A stretch of 64,000 nucleotides of DNA from Tubulanus polymorphus (taxonomy: Eukaryota; Animalia; Nemertea), in assembly GCF_964204645.1 (NCBI RefSeq), contig NC_134028.1, positions 930,001-994,000 on the forward strand. The letters run 5' to 3'. Made by a program: the position numbers and the translations under genes. Below the pieces are notes generated by a model. That model saw only the letters and a program-made list of their open reading frames with translations, ran no database searches and was not told where the DNA came from. Shown here piece after piece: positions 63,878 to 64,000 of the stretch (the stretch's first letter is position 1; each line of letters starts with the position of its first letter).

Positions 63878-64000
63878 TTTGCGTTTATTTTTACGCGGAT
63901 TGTGATGATTTTTGCCGCTGTTTTGAGAACCGGTCTTTTGGTTAATCCGTACGCATAATACATCATCATTATCGGACGATGTCGAATTGTTCGCATAATT

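Overview
Eukaryotic, AT-rich, intron-containing genomic DNA, most likely from an invertebrate animal (taxon inferred from gene content, not proven). Bases 1-23,000 have almost no coding sequence. They are rich in minisatellites, very long (CTG)n tracts and small non-autonomous DNA transposons, and may be intronic to a large minus-strand gene. From 23 kb onward the window holds two tandem 8-exon SLC22-type transporter genes (-), four tandem MS4A/CD20-like tetraspan genes with intronless coding regions (+), a PAN/Apple-domain gene (+), a 4-exon Cys-rich gene missed by the ORF track (-), CCDC137 (+), PBLD (+) and an intronless Atoh8/net bHLH gene (-). The most notable non-obvious signal is a 4 x 69-bp tandem array of minimal type I hammerhead ribozyme motifs antisense in PBLD intron 6, with degenerate dispersed relatives elsewhere in the window. 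Other signals are exon-scale gene conversion between the SLC22 paralogs, mosaic MS4A paralogs that differ in PPxY motifs, a satellite built from a MITE end, and PBLD lying next to an atonal-family bHLH gene. All exon boundaries were read by eye; no database searches were run.
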